Positions 9,540 to 19,421 of a stretch of 64,000 nucleotides of DNA are shown piece by piece. Under the pieces are notes generated by a model that was not told where the DNA came from, searched no databases, and saw only the letters and a list, made by a program, of their open reading frames with translations. This DNA comes from Ostreococcus lucimarinus. Taxonomy: Eukaryota. A program made the translations under genes and the position numbers. Position 1 is the stretch's first letter. Each line of letters opens with the position of its first letter. The DNA is taken from NCBI GenBank assembly GCA_000092065.1, contig CP000581.1. The stretch is one strand, 5' to 3'.

Positions 9540-10344
9540 ATGAGCGACGACGAGCACGACGTGGAAACGTTCGAATCCGCCGATGCGGGCGCCTCGCACA
9601 CCGTGCCCATGCAGGCCGGGTCCGTGCGCAAGGGCGGCTTCATGGTGCGCCGACGACGCGCGACCGAGGACGCGACCCGATGCGCGATCGCGCGACGGCG
9701 GGGGGGGCGACGGGCGCGGCGAAGCGCGCGCGCGAGCGACGCGAGGCAGAGCGATGGGAAAGAAATGCGCGCGCGCGATAGGGGGAGGCGCGGGCGAGGC
9801 GCGCGCGCGGTGGGGCGAGGGAGGCGACTTCGCGACTTCGCGACTTGGGGTTTATCGCGGGGTAACCCTGTTTGGACGCGCGCGGGGCGGCGCGAACGCG
9901 AGCGCGATGGACGACGACTGACGATGCGCCGGGCGCGATGTTGAATGATAGGTGATTAAGGGTCGCCCGACCAAGGTGATCGAGGTCACGACGTCGAAGA
10001 CGGGGAAGCACGGGCACGCGAAGTGCCACTTCACCGCGCTCGATATTTTCACCAACAAAAAGGTTGAAGAACTCGTGCCGTCTTCGCACAACCTTGAAGT
10101 GCCGATCGTGAACCGGGTAGAATACACTTTGTTGGATATTGATGAGGATGACCACATGTCTCTCATGGATGATAAGGGAGACACGCGTGAAGACTTGAAG
10201 CTTCCGGGGGGACACGCGGAGGCGGAAAAGTTAGCCGAGGATTTGCGCACCGCGTTCGACGACGGCAAGGAAGTGCAAGTGACGATTTTGTGCTCCATGG
10301 GTATCGAACAAGCTCACGCGATTAAGGAAGTGAACAACTCTTAA
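9540..10344 (+). CDS. EIF5A: eukaryotic translation initiation factor 5A (hypusine protein), two exons: join(9540..9644, 9952..10344)
   Basis: Exon 1 reads MSDDEHDVETFESADAGASHTVPMQAGSVRKGGFM. Exon 2 reads VIKGRPTKVIEVTTSKTGKHGHAKCHF... and carries the hypusine site TGKHGHAK. The donor is ATG|GTGCGC and the acceptor is tgatag|GTG. The intron is phase 0. The joined protein is 165 aa and collinear with eIF5A. Confidence 0.85.
9645..9951 (+). other. spliceosomal intron of eIF5A (307 nt)
   Basis: Donor GTGCGC and acceptor tag. Branch-like acgactgacg lies 30 nt upstream of the AG. This is the longest intron found in the window. Confidence 0.8.
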
Positions 10345-10732
10345 ACTCGAATGAGTTAGATGATTTCTAAGGAAACGTTGAAGTAGAAGAGCTGGAGACG
10401 GCGGCTTCGGCGTCGCGTGGCGACGGTCGCTTTCACTTTCGCTTTCGCGTCGCGAGACCGCTCGTCACCGCATCTTTACAACCCTCACATAAACCGTTGT
10501 CAGTACAAAAAATTCTGAGTATTATCATCAAAGCGCGCACGCCACGACTGCCCCGCGGCGGTAGATTGTTTCCTCGAACGCCTCGTCGAGCCGCCGGCGA
10601 CGCGGCCCGCACAACGCGTCCGACCCTTCGACGCGGCCGCGCGCCTCGAGAGCATCATGATAATGTTTGCATCGACGCCGACCGCCCCCGGCGAGTCGCA
10701 GGCGTGTTAGAGCGTCACAAACGTCGACGTAA

Positions 10733-13700
10733 ATGTCTCCACGGGCGCGGCATTTCCGTTTCAAGCGCCGCGCACGAGCCGTGCGATGCGCGCTCGTCGC
10801 GCTCTGCGCCGCCCTCGCCGGCGCGGTCGTCACCGCGACGTTCGATGTGCTCGGATGTCACGATAACGGCGTCGTCGGCACGATCGTCGGCGCGGGCGTC
10901 GAAGGAATGCGTGACGGACGGTTTGAAAAGAGTTTTCTGCGCGCGCCCGCCGGCGCGGCGTGCAACGCGACGGTGTGCTACGTCACAGAGAGTGGGAATA
11001 ACGCGGTGAAAACCATCAATATAGCGAAGAGTGAGATGGTGATGTATGCGGGATCGACGGCGGGCACGGCGGGGTCGACGGACGGAAAGGCGAAGGCGTG
11101 CGCGGAGAAAGGCGAGACGCAGGCGTTGTTTAAACAGCCGGCGAGCGTCGTGCTCGTGTCGCAGTCGAGCTCGTATTACGCGGCGGGAGATGTGCTGGTG
11201 GTGGATAGCGGTAATAACGCCATCAGGCGAGTGTCGGGGGATGACGTGAGCACGTTGATCACGGGACTGGCATTTGCACCGACGGCGATGGTATTCGACG
11301 AGAGCGACGGGGCGATTTATTTTCTAGGATCGTCGCAGAATCATGTGTCCAAGATAGCGTACGGGTCTGGGACGGTGTCAACGTACGCGGGCAGTCAAGG
11401 GACGTCGGGACTCGTCGACAACGTCACTCCCTCGAGCGCACGCTTCAACGCTCCTGAAGGCTTGGCGCTGGATGGCGCGAATCGCATATTATACGTAGCA
11501 GACACCGGAAACCACGCCGTTAGGGCGATCGACTTATCCACCGGAGCGGTAACGACAGTACTGGGCGATGGGACGATTTCTGCAAGCGGTGCGGTACTCG
11601 ATTCTGACGGTATACTTTCCACCCCAGCACGCTTCAACTACCCGGCGGGGATCGCGTATAACCTCGATTCCAGCCTCAGCAGCGGTGTTCTATTAGTCAC
11701 GGATCGGGGAACGCATCAGATTCGTAAAATAATTCTCACGGATGCAACAGCATCGAATGCTGCGACGGTGGTGACGGTGGCCGGAAGCTACACCGGAACC
11801 TCTGGTTTCCGAGACAGTACCGTGGGAAGCGCGGCGTTGCTAAACAAGCCGGTGTCCATTTCATACGTCAGCGGTTCAACATACGTGGTTGTCGACCAAG
11901 ACAATCACGCAATTAGAAAAGTCAGTTTAGAGGCACCGGTACAGATCACGTTCACGATGCAATCGGTGGCGGATATCGAGAAGACGGAACAAAGTCATGA
12001 TTTGGTGATAGAGGAGTACGGCTCGTATTCTGTCAACGGACCTCCGTACAATGAGACTACGCACTTCTCGGGTGTTTTGACGTATTTTGGCGAGATACAC
12101 GAGCTCGTCATGTGCGCTTATCCATCGGTTGAATACTTTGTGAAATTCGAAGGCGCCATGCAAGCCACGGTCAAGGATGCGAGTTATTTGTACTTCGGGT
12201 ACACGGGCGCGACGGTGGATAACAGCTTGGCACGCACCTTTCGGATTCGTGGACCGGGATGCACGGACGCTTCGGCGCCTAATTATAATCCGTTCGCCAC
12301 GAGTGATGACGGTTCGTGCGTGAGTGGGGTACAACTTCGCTTCACCGTCGGAGCGTACGGCGTCATAGATCATGCTGTTTACGAATTCGAAGGACCAGGA
12401 TTTTACATCTCAGACTCTTTCGAAAGCGGAAGTGGGGAAGCTCATTACGAACAATCGATAGATTTCGACTTCATGGCATATCCAGGAGCGGTGTACATTG
12501 CAACTTTTTACGGTGCACTGAATGCTTCGTTAACCACCGTGTCCGGCCAGTCGGGCTTGGGAGCGACGTTGATCACATACTGGACCTACACGTCGAGTCA
12601 AGCCAGCGACCAGAGTGTGCAGCGAGCTCGGGTCATTGGGCCAGGGTGCATCGACCCATCGTATCCATCGTATGATCAGTATGCTTTGGCCTCGGACGAA
12701 GTGAATGCATGTACCTTTGCGAGCACCATGCGCGTCGTTCTCAACGCCAGCGCGTCGGCAGAGTCGTGGTACGATTTTGGCTCCATCGTAGGCACCTCGG
12801 ACCAAGTCGCTTCGGTCGATGGGATCTCATTGGACAACGCTACGGATCAATTTGTTTTGGATATGTCGGTAACTCCCGGCGTGTACGAGTTTGAATCGTA
12901 CGGAGATGTTTCGGGGGCAATTCAACAATATGACTCTGGTTCTTACACGAACCTTCGCACTTGGCTCGGCACTGATAGTTCACTCAGAACCGATTCATAC
13001 GGATTTTCAACCACAACAGACTCAGAACGTATCACAGTCTCGTTCCCGTTCACGTTTTCACTGAATATCGGCGCGAACGGTGTGGTGGGATATGCTGGTG
13101 GTGTACTCGTTGGCGATGACGGTACGTCAAGCGTGACCTTCGTCGAAGGTTCGGTTCCGGCGCTAGCCACCATTACATCGACGTTTACACAAGTCGCATC
13201 GTCGACCTCGATAAAGAATTCTTTATGGTACACGTCGAACACTAATATTCTTGGCGTGTCAACGTACGTCATGGCACTCACGCCCACTGGATACCAGCTA
13301 GCCGTCTCTGCTGCGCTTTCGCTAAAGTATGACAAAACTGGAGTGCCGTCGCAAGAAGGTAACGAAAATATAGTCCTTTTCAAGGCTTCAGACAGCACAA
13401 TGCAAGATGCTATCACTTTGTATGGTGCTACTTTCGACGCCGCAAACGGCATCGCCTCGGCAACGATTGATTCCATGGGTACTTACGGCGTCGCGTTTAG
13501 AGCAACGGTGAGAAGTATCTCGCCGCCGCGTGGCTGGCTCGACGGAGACGTCACGGTGACGTTGGATGGTGTCGACTTTTCGTCGCTGAGTACCGTAAAT
13601 ACGGTAACAACGTATCAAAAGTGTCGATGGGGTGAGACCTTCACAGTCGCAACCACTGTAGCTTCGAGTGATACTCGATCACAGCTTTCAGGCTCGGACA

Positions 13701-15760
13701 GCACCATCCTGGGTACGAAGATAAATGCCGTGTCCTGCCAGTCACCGGTGGTGGCATACGCTGGATTTACTATCGTAGAGTTCCATGACTCACGGAATGG
13801 CATGTCGAGTGACACCAGATTTGTTTACTTACAAACCGCATCTCCACAAGTTCGAGCTGTCGTCCCGCCAGAAGGCGTCTCGTCTGGTGGAACCGTCGTC
13901 TCGTTATCCGGTTCATTTCTCAGAGCTGGCGCCGTGGCGTCTGATTGGGAAAAATACGATCTAGACACCACATTCTTCGCAAATAGCGGACCAACCACAG
14001 TATCTTGCGTCTTTGGCTCAACAACGTCGAGTGGCATCGCCGTGTCTTCTGCGTTCGCTCGATGTGAGAGTCCGCCGTCGACCACGACTGCGTCGAAGAC
14101 GTTGCGTGTTGGTGATTTATCCCATCAAGTGGCTGGATATGGCGTCTACACGTACGTTACTGATTTCGATGCCGGCATCACAACGTCAGCGTATGAAGAT
14201 CATAGCGGAGACAGCTCGTTTACCGATGGTGGAGTCGTGGTGGACTTGTACGCTGCGACAGGATCTCTCACAAAACAGCGCAACTCCTTCTACGACTGGA
14301 GGTGCTTGTTTGGCACCGTCAGCGTGGCGGCGAGACGCAAACCTTACGGCGACTTGAGCTGTGTTTCTACATCGATAGCTAGAGGAACAACTGTGGACGT
14401 GCGACTGGTGGGTCCTCTCGGGGAACACTCTCTTTTGCTCGGTAACATCACCGCCGCTACGATTGCGAGTACGTACGTCGACTCGATTGTAACTCTTCCA
14501 GGAACTCCAAAGATAGTGGAAACGATCACTATCATCGAGAGAGCGATATCTCCGCCAGTCTGGGAGCCTCTGAAGTGGGTTAGCACCGCTCACGCACTCG
14601 TTGCGACACCAGGCGGAAGTTGGTCTGGTACAAGTCAAGGATACGGCCATGGTACGTATGGCGTCGCAAATTGTACCTTCACCACGGATGCGGGCGTCGT
14701 CACGACGAGGGTAGCGAACATCATATCGTCTGCGCTCGTGGTATGCGAGGCGCCTATCACTGCGGCGGAAGAATGGTATTCACTTACTATTACGAGCAAC
14801 GGTGTATCATCTGGATCCCCAAGGACGTCGCTCAAGGCTTGGTACGAACCTGTGACTCGATCGGGGAGCTACTCGCTCGGCGACGTCGTCGACGCGTGGC
14901 TGCCTTCGGCAACCGCCGGCGGAGTCGTTATTCGACCGTATTTCTTACCCTCAAGCGCCTCATCAGTTTCTACGCTGTGTTATTTCGGCGTTTCTATAGA
15001 TCCAGTGGCGTACTCATCCAGCGTGTGCACCGTTCCCAGGTCGCTCTCTCCAGGCTTCGTCGCCATCACTTTGGGCGTCGCCTCGGTCGGACCAAGTTTT
15101 GCGCATCAGATCGAGATTCTTGAGCCCGTGCACGCGAGCATGGTTTTACCGAGATTCGTCGACGCTAACGGTGGATCGATCGTGGACATTATGGGTAGAG
15201 ATTTATACTCCGGACCTGGCGCGATGCTCATATACTGTGCGTACAAGGATTCTTCAACGATAATCGAAGCCGTCTTCGTCTCGTCGGGGCTGTTGAAGTG
15301 CGAGACGGGGCTCAGCAGCAACACCATCTACCGCGATCAGAAAGATTTGGGAATCGGTCGATACGGTGACTTCTACGGTACCGAGCCGATCGAACTTTCG
15401 TTGTCACCGGGAAAGGGTACTATAGCTCTTGCAGCGAACGTGTTCGGCTTGCAAACTCTGCTGACGCCCACGGTGACGGCGGTTTCCCCCGTCGCGTCGT
15501 CGGCGCAAGGCGGCGCCATCTTCGCCGTGACTGGTACACAATTCGCCTCGCAAACTGGCTATGCGAATTGCGTCTTTGGCAACGTCTTCGTGGCGGCCAT
15601 GGTCTACAACTCCACGTACGCCGATTGCGTGGTGCCATCGCTGTATCCGATGCGAACGTACGACGTCTCCTTCGCCGTGACGGGTTCGGCCGGGCAGCGC
15701 GAGTTGGACGTAGGATTCGCCTACGCCAACGGCACCGCGCTCGCATTCAGCGCATACTAG
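10733..15760 (+). CDS. large secreted NHL-repeat (six-bladed beta-propeller) protein with long Ser/Thr/Gly-rich beta-rich C-terminal region
   Basis: There is a signal-peptide-like N-terminus (RCALVALCAALAGAVVTATF). Repeated NHL motifs follow: ESGNNAVKTIN, VVDSGNNAIRRV, YVADTGNHAVRAID, LVTDRGTHQIRKI and VVDQDNHAIRKV. The next ~1200 aa are low-charge and S/T/G/V/Y-rich without Arg-rich shadow composition, consistent with Ig/IPT-like extracellular repeats. It is a single 5 kb exon, 1675 aa. Confidence 0.65.
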   Translation: MSPRARHFRFKRRARAVRCALVALCAALAGAVVTATFDVLGCHDNGVVGTIVGAGVEGMRDGRFEKSFLRAPAGAACNATVCYVTESGNNAVKTINIAKSEMVMYAGSTAGTAGSTDGKAKACAEKGETQALFKQPASVVLVSQSSSYYAAGDVLVVDSGNNAIRRVSGDDVSTLITGLAFAPTAMVFDESDGAIYFLGSSQNHVSKIAYGSGTVSTYAGSQGTSGLVDNVTPSSARFNAPEGLALDGANRILYVADTGNHAVRAIDLSTGAVTTVLGDGTISASGAVLDSDGILSTPARFNYPAGIAYNLDSSLSSGVLLVTDRGTHQIRKIILTDATASNAATVVTVAGSYTGTSGFRDSTVGSAALLNKPVSISYVSGSTYVVVDQDNHAIRKVSLEAPVQITFTMQSVADIEKTEQSHDLVIEEYGSYSVNGPPYNETTHFSGVLTYFGEIHELVMCAYPSVEYFVKFEGAMQATVKDASYLYFGYTGATVDNSLARTFRIRGPGCTDASAPNYNPFATSDDGSCVSGVQLRFTVGAYGVIDHAVYEFEGPGFYISDSFESGSGEAHYEQSIDFDFMAYPGAVYIATFYGALNASLTTVSGQSGLGATLITYWTYTSSQASDQSVQRARVIGPGCIDPSYPSYDQYALASDEVNACTFASTMRVVLNASASAESWYDFGSIVGTSDQVASVDGISLDNATDQFVLDMSVTPGVYEFESYGDVSGAIQQYDSGSYTNLRTWLGTDSSLRTDSYGFSTTTDSERITVSFPFTFSLNIGANGVVGYAGGVLVGDDGTSSVTFVEGSVPALATITSTFTQVASSTSIKNSLWYTSNTNILGVSTYVMALTPTGYQLAVSAALSLKYDKTGVPSQEGNENIVLFKASDSTMQDAITLYGATFDAANGIASATIDSMGTYGVAFRATVRSISPPRGWLDGDVTVTLDGVDFSSLSTVNTVTTYQKCRWGETFTVATTVASSDTRSQLSGSDSTILGTKINAVSCQSPVVAYAGFTIVEFHDSRNGMSSDTRFVYLQTASPQVRAVVPPEGVSSGGTVVSLSGSFLRAGAVASDWEKYDLDTTFFANSGPTTVSCVFGSTTSSGIAVSSAFARCESPPSTTTASKTLRVGDLSHQVAGYGVYTYVTDFDAGITTSAYEDHSGDSSFTDGGVVVDLYAATGSLTKQRNSFYDWRCLFGTVSVAARRKPYGDLSCVSTSIARGTTVDVRLVGPLGEHSLLLGNITAATIASTYVDSIVTLPGTPKIVETITIIERAISPPVWEPLKWVSTAHALVATPGGSWSGTSQGYGHGTYGVANCTFTTDAGVVTTRVANIISSALVVCEAPITAAEEWYSLTITSNGVSSGSPRTSLKAWYEPVTRSGSYSLGDVVDAWLPSATAGGVVIRPYFLPSSASSVSTLCYFGVSIDPVAYSSSVCTVPRSLSPGFVAITLGVASVGPSFAHQIEILEPVHASMVLPRFVDANGGSIVDIMGRDLYSGPGAMLIYCAYKDSSTIIEAVFVSSGLLKCETGLSSNTIYRDQKDLGIGRYGDFYGTEPIELSLSPGKGTIALAANVFGLQTLLTPTVTAVSPVASSAQGGAIFAVTGTQFASQTGYANCVFGNVFVAAMVYNSTYADCVVPSLYPMRTYDVSFAVTGSAGQRELDVGFAYANGTALAFSAY

Positions 15761-15935
15761 AAAAAAAGTCATTTGTAGCATTAGCTTTTCGCATTCGTCG
15801 CGTCCGCGCGCGAATGCGTTGTAACTTTACATTAGAGCCGCTCGCTCGTCCCGTCGCGCCGAGGGGAAGCTCCACGGTGCGTTCGAACCCGCGTCACTTC
15901 CCGCGCGCCAGTTTCGAGTTCACGCGACGCGAACC

Positions 15936-16488
15936 ATGGCGAATGCGATGCAAAACATCTGCGCCAACTTCGATCAAGTGGGCAAGGTGCGCATCGCGCG
16001 ACAGCGCGCGCTACTCGACGTCGACGATTATGATTGCACTTTAATCGCCAAGAGAGATTACCGCGCCGTACGCGCTCGACTGACGCCTTCGCGATGGCTC
16101 TCGCGCGCAGGCTTTCGCGGAACACTACTATAACACCTTTGACACCGACCGATCGCAGCTCGGCCCGCTTTACAACGACACGTACTCGATGCTAAACTTT
16201 GAGCACAGCGTCGATCGCCCGGGACAATTCAAGGGCAGCGCCGCGATTGTCGAAAAACTCCGAACGTTACCGTTTCAACAGGTGAAGCACCAAGTGGTGA
16301 CGTTGGACACGCAACCATCGCCGAACGGTGGGGTGGTCGTGATGGTGTGCGGGAACTTGCTCATCGACAGCGAACAACAGCCGCAAAAGTTTTCCCAGTG
16401 CTTTCAACTCATGCCCACCGAAGCCGCCGGGCTCGCCCCCGGCAGCTACTTCATCTTCAACGACGTGTTTAGACTGAATATTGGATGA
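15936..16488 (+). CDS. NTF2: nuclear transport factor 2 (NTF2), two exons: join(15936..15986, 16111..16488)
   Basis: Exon 2 reads AFAEHYYNTFDTDRSQLGPLYNDTYSMLNFEH...IVEKLRTLPFQQVKHQVVTLDTQPS...FIFNDVFRLNIG and matches NTF2 throughout. Exon 1 reads MANAMQNICANFDQVGK, so the join gives VGK|AFAEHYY (compare plant VAKAFVEHYY). The donor is AAG|GTGCGC and the acceptor is cgcgcgcag|G. The intron is phase 0. Translation could instead start at the second Met (MQNI...). Confidence 0.8.
15987..16110 (+). other. spliceosomal intron of NTF2 (124 nt)
   Basis: Donor GTGCGC and acceptor cag. Branch-like gctcgactgacg lies 27 nt upstream of the AG. Confidence 0.75.
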
Positions 16489-16567
16489 TCATCGATGATT
16501 CCTATATTTTAGACTAGCTCGCTATTGCAACAAAACCGCGACTCCGCGCGCGTTCGACCCGTCGTCG

Positions 16568-17092
16568 TCACACCGCCGTCTTTCCCGACAGGCACAAATC
16601 AACCTTCTCCAGCAAATTCCCATTCTCCAGCGCCGCCGCCACGCGTTCCTTATCGTTCAACTGTTTATTCACCGCCCTCTCGCTCGCGTGCGTTCCCGGC
16701 GCGATCACCACGTCCACCTTGAACCTCCTCGGCAGCGTCCGCAGCAGCTTCACGCGAATGCTCAGCCCGATGAGCGTCGCCATCGAGCAGTGCGGCACCG
16801 TCGGCGTGAACTCCACCCGCACCCGATTCCGCGCGTCATCGCACTCGATCGCGCTCGCGCCGACGACGTTCAGCCGTTCGAGCGAGTACGGGTGCTCGGG
16901 GTCGTTGATGTCCCGCACGTGGTCAAAGATTTCGAGCGCGTCGACGGCGTCGCGCGTCGTTTCGTCGCCCTCTCGCGCCGCGCGCGCGTCGCGCGCCGAC
17001 GCGCGGTCGCGCGCGCGCGCGTAGACGATCGGTTCGGGGTTTATGAAGCCACCGCGCGCGTCGTCGTCGTCGTCGTCGGCGTCGGCGCGCAT
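16568..17092 (-). CDS. CIA2: MIP18-family (DUF59) cytosolic Fe-S assembly component, CIA2/AE7/FAM96-like
   Basis: The 174-aa protein begins [11 protein letters not shown]... It has the family block [25 protein letters not shown]...[24 protein letters not shown]. It is the 3' part of a 393-aa track ORF; the upstream part is an Arg-rich shadow. The ATG is at 17090-17092. Confidence 0.65.
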   Translation of the reverse strand: MRADADDDDDDARGGFINPEPIVYARARDRASARDARAAREGDETTRDAVDALEIFDHVRDINDPEHPYSLERLNVVGASAIECDDARNRVRVEFTPTVPHCSMATLIGLSIRVKLLRTLPRRFKVDVVIAPGTHASERAVNKQLNDKERVAAALENGNLLEKVDLCLSGKTAV

Positions 17093-17153
17093 CGTCGAAC
17101 GCCAATCGAATCGAACGCGCGACAGTGACGACAGACGGCGACGCGACGCGCGG

Positions 17154-17299
17154 ATGACGACGACGACGGCGACGGCGCGCGCGGCGACGACGGCGACGAC
17201 GGCGCGCGCGGCGACGACGGCGCGAGGCCGCGCGCGGCGCGCGAGGACGACGCGCGCGGCGCGGTGCGACGGCGACGGCGACGGCGAGGACGACGCGCG

Positions 17300-17330
<31 letters not shown>

Positions 17331-18038
17331 CGAAAGGCGCGCGGAGGGGAAGCGCGCGCGATGGTGGTCGGCGCGAACGACGCGGACGATGGACGGCGAG
17401 GTCGGCGCGAGGTGCTGCGCGCGCTCGCGGTCGGGGCGAGCGCGAACGCGGCGGCGGGGTTGGCGAGGGACGACGCGGGCGAGGCGAGAGCGGACGCGGG
17501 CGAGGAGGGAAAGCGCGGGTTGACGCGATACGTGGATTCGAAAAAAATGTTTGAGTTGGGATACCCGTCGAGTTGGGCGGTGGCGAGCAAGCCCGGGGCG
17601 GAGGTGTTGTTTAAGAACCCGGAGGCGAAGTATAGCAACATCGGCGTCACGGTTTCGCCGGTGACGATTGATTCGCTCGGTAAGTTTGGGAGCTTGAGTG
17701 AGATTGGAGAGAAACTGGCGCAGGCGGAGAGTAAGAAAGAAAGCACCATACCGGGCGGGGTGAGCGTGTTGAGTGAGACGGAGCGCGTGGGGGCAAAATC
17801 TGGGGCGACGTTTTACGACTACGAGTATCGATTGATCACGACGCACGGGAATAAGCGTATTTTCACTTCGGTGTCCATCGTGGACAGCACGCTGTACATC
17901 TTGAATGCCCAGGTGTACGAAACAGCCGATCCCGAGAATCCAACGGAGGAACAAAAAGCCTTCGACGCCAAAAACATGGATTTGTATAAACAAGTCGGGG
18001 CTACGTTTGACGCGTCTAAAGCCATCTTTTTAGCGTAG
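17154..18038 (+). CDS. PsbP-domain protein (PPD/PPL family), thylakoid lumen, twin-arginine signal
   Basis: The N-terminus is Thr/Ala/Arg-rich and transit-like ([20 protein letters not shown]...). An RR motif follows ([18 protein letters not shown]). The PsbP domain is clear: [63 protein letters not shown]...STLYILNAQ. The ORF 5' end was trimmed from 17043 to the ATG at 17154, to avoid overlap with CIA2 and to start at the transit-like region. Confidence 0.7.
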
Positions 18039-18092
18039 AGGCCAAATATCTAATATTTATTCATTGAGCACGCGTCGAAACGTTGTCTACTA

Positions 18093-19421
18093 CTACGCTG
18101 TCCACTCCACGAATCCATTCTCTTGATCATACGTCCAGTATTTATGTTTGTCGGTGAAGAGTTGCTTATGATGATCGTAAAACAAATCTGAAGCTTGGCA
18201 ATAGTACATGCCGTCATCAGCTCTCCACGCGTAGCCCTCGGGAACCACGACCGGCTTGCAACACTTCGCGCGAGAAATGAGCTCACTCTTTTCTGCGATA
18301 TTGCCCGCGACGCTCCCACCATGCGCTTGAATGTACGCCTTGAGGTTTTTCACGCTCATTGAAGCGAAGTTTAAGCCGCTAGAGGGCGGCGGATCTTCAA
18401 TCTTCGACGGCTCCACCTTTGCCTTCTTCGCTGCTGGCAACGAAGGCTCGGGTGCGACACCTTCATCGTCGTCGCTATCGGCGAACATGTCTTTACCAGT
18501 GTCTTCCGTCAAAGTCGTCGTCGGCGCGTACAGGTTTGCTGCGCGCTCGAACGCCTCTTTACGAAACGTGTACACTTCGTATTCCCCTTGACCCATTAGT
18601 GCGCTCGAAAGCTCCGTCAGCTTATCAAACACTTTCTTTTCTTCATCACTCATGACTTTAGCGGGCTTGCCTTGATTACCACCGCGTCCACCGCCACCTT
18701 TTTTCGCGTTCCCGCCGAGACGCTTGAGCGCGCCGAGCACTGTTTCCCCTGGGTTCAAATATCCAGCTATTTCGCGCTGCACCACGGCCACCTCGCGCTC
18801 GCTCATCGATGTCGCCCCCTCTTCCTCTTCAAACGCCGCCGTGCTTCGTTTGATCGCGCCGCTCGCTAATCTCTCGTCAACTTTTGCATCTTTTTCTAAC
18901 CACAAATCCGCCTCGTCCTGTTCCTCGGCGTATTCGACGTAATTCCCATCGTCATCGAAGTACCCTTCCTGTCGCTCTTTATCCAAATTGAACGCCATGA
19001 ACTCCGATTCCTTCCCTTCATCGTCTCCCACGAGCGCCTCTTCGGCATCCTTCACGTCGTCGCGCGCGTCGACGTCGTCGGCGTCCCGCACGCCCGCCGC
19101 CCACTCAGACCTCAACAGCGCGCGCGTCTTCGCCGCCCCGCTCGCCTTTCTCGCCATCGCGGCGTCGTCTTCGTCGTCATCTTCCGCGAAAGACACCACT
19201 TTTTTACCGTCCCGCGCGTCTTTCGGTGCGTCGTCGTCGCTATCGCCGCCGCCGCTCGGTAAAACGGTCGCGCGCGGGACGTCGGATTTCGACTTTGCTT
19301 TTTGGCCCTCCTCGAGGACGCGGGCGACGAGCTCGGCGGTGGATCCGGGCTCGTGCGTCGCGATGGCGTCCTCATCGTCGGAGTCGACATCGTCGAACGC
19401 GGGACGCTTCTCGCGACGCAT
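18093..19421 (-). CDS. CD2BP2: CD2BP2/LIN1-like protein (U5 snRNP 52K family)
   Basis: Collinear blocks with human CD2BP2 as recalled: FNLDKERQEGYFDDDGNYVEY (human FNLQEEMEEGHFDADGNYF); ETVLGALKRLGGNAKKGGGGRGG (human ETVAGALRRLGARGGGKGRKG); GEYEVYTFRKEAFE (human LGVYQETRERL). Acidic low-complexity tracts lie between the blocks. A clear C-terminal GYF domain is not recognisable. Confidence 0.55.
   Translation of the reverse strand: MRREKRPAFDDVDSDDEDAIATHEPGSTAELVARVLEEGQKAKSKSDVPRATVLPSGGGDSDDDAPKDARDGKKVVSFAEDDDEDDAAMARKASGAAKTRALLRSEWAAGVRDADDVDARDDVKDAEEALVGDDEGKESEFMAFNLDKERQEGYFDDDGNYVEYAEEQDEADLWLEKDAKVDERLASGAIKRSTAAFEEEEGATSMSEREVAVVQREIAGYLNPGETVLGALKRLGGNAKKGGGGRGGNQGKPAKVMSDEEKKVFDKLTELSSALMGQGEYEVYTFRKEAFERAANLYAPTTTLTEDTGKDMFADSDDDEGVAPEPSLPAAKKAKVEPSKIEDPPPSSGLNFASMSVKNLKAYIQAHGGSVAGNIAEKSELISRAKCCKPVVVPEGYAWRADDGMYYCQASDLFYDHHKQLFTDKHKYWTYDQENGFVEWTA

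Noticed and set aside
7520-9781. Long ORFs 7527..8405(-), 8320..9414(-), 8389..9543(+), 8825..9781(+) and 9583..9921(+)
   Set aside because: They are poly-Arg/Pro/Ala/Gly antisense or off-frame shadows of the PsbP-like gene, NAXE and eIF5A exon 1. They overlap genes that have clear homology in another frame.
16923-17993. ORF 16923..17993(-) 356 aa and the 5' extensions of ORFs 16568..17749(-) and 17043..18038(+)
   Set aside because: They are Arg-rich shadows running antisense through the PsbP-domain gene and the CIA2 gene. The true CIA2 and PsbP coding regions were trimmed to ATGs with sensible N-termini (MRADADDD...; [11 protein letters not shown]...).
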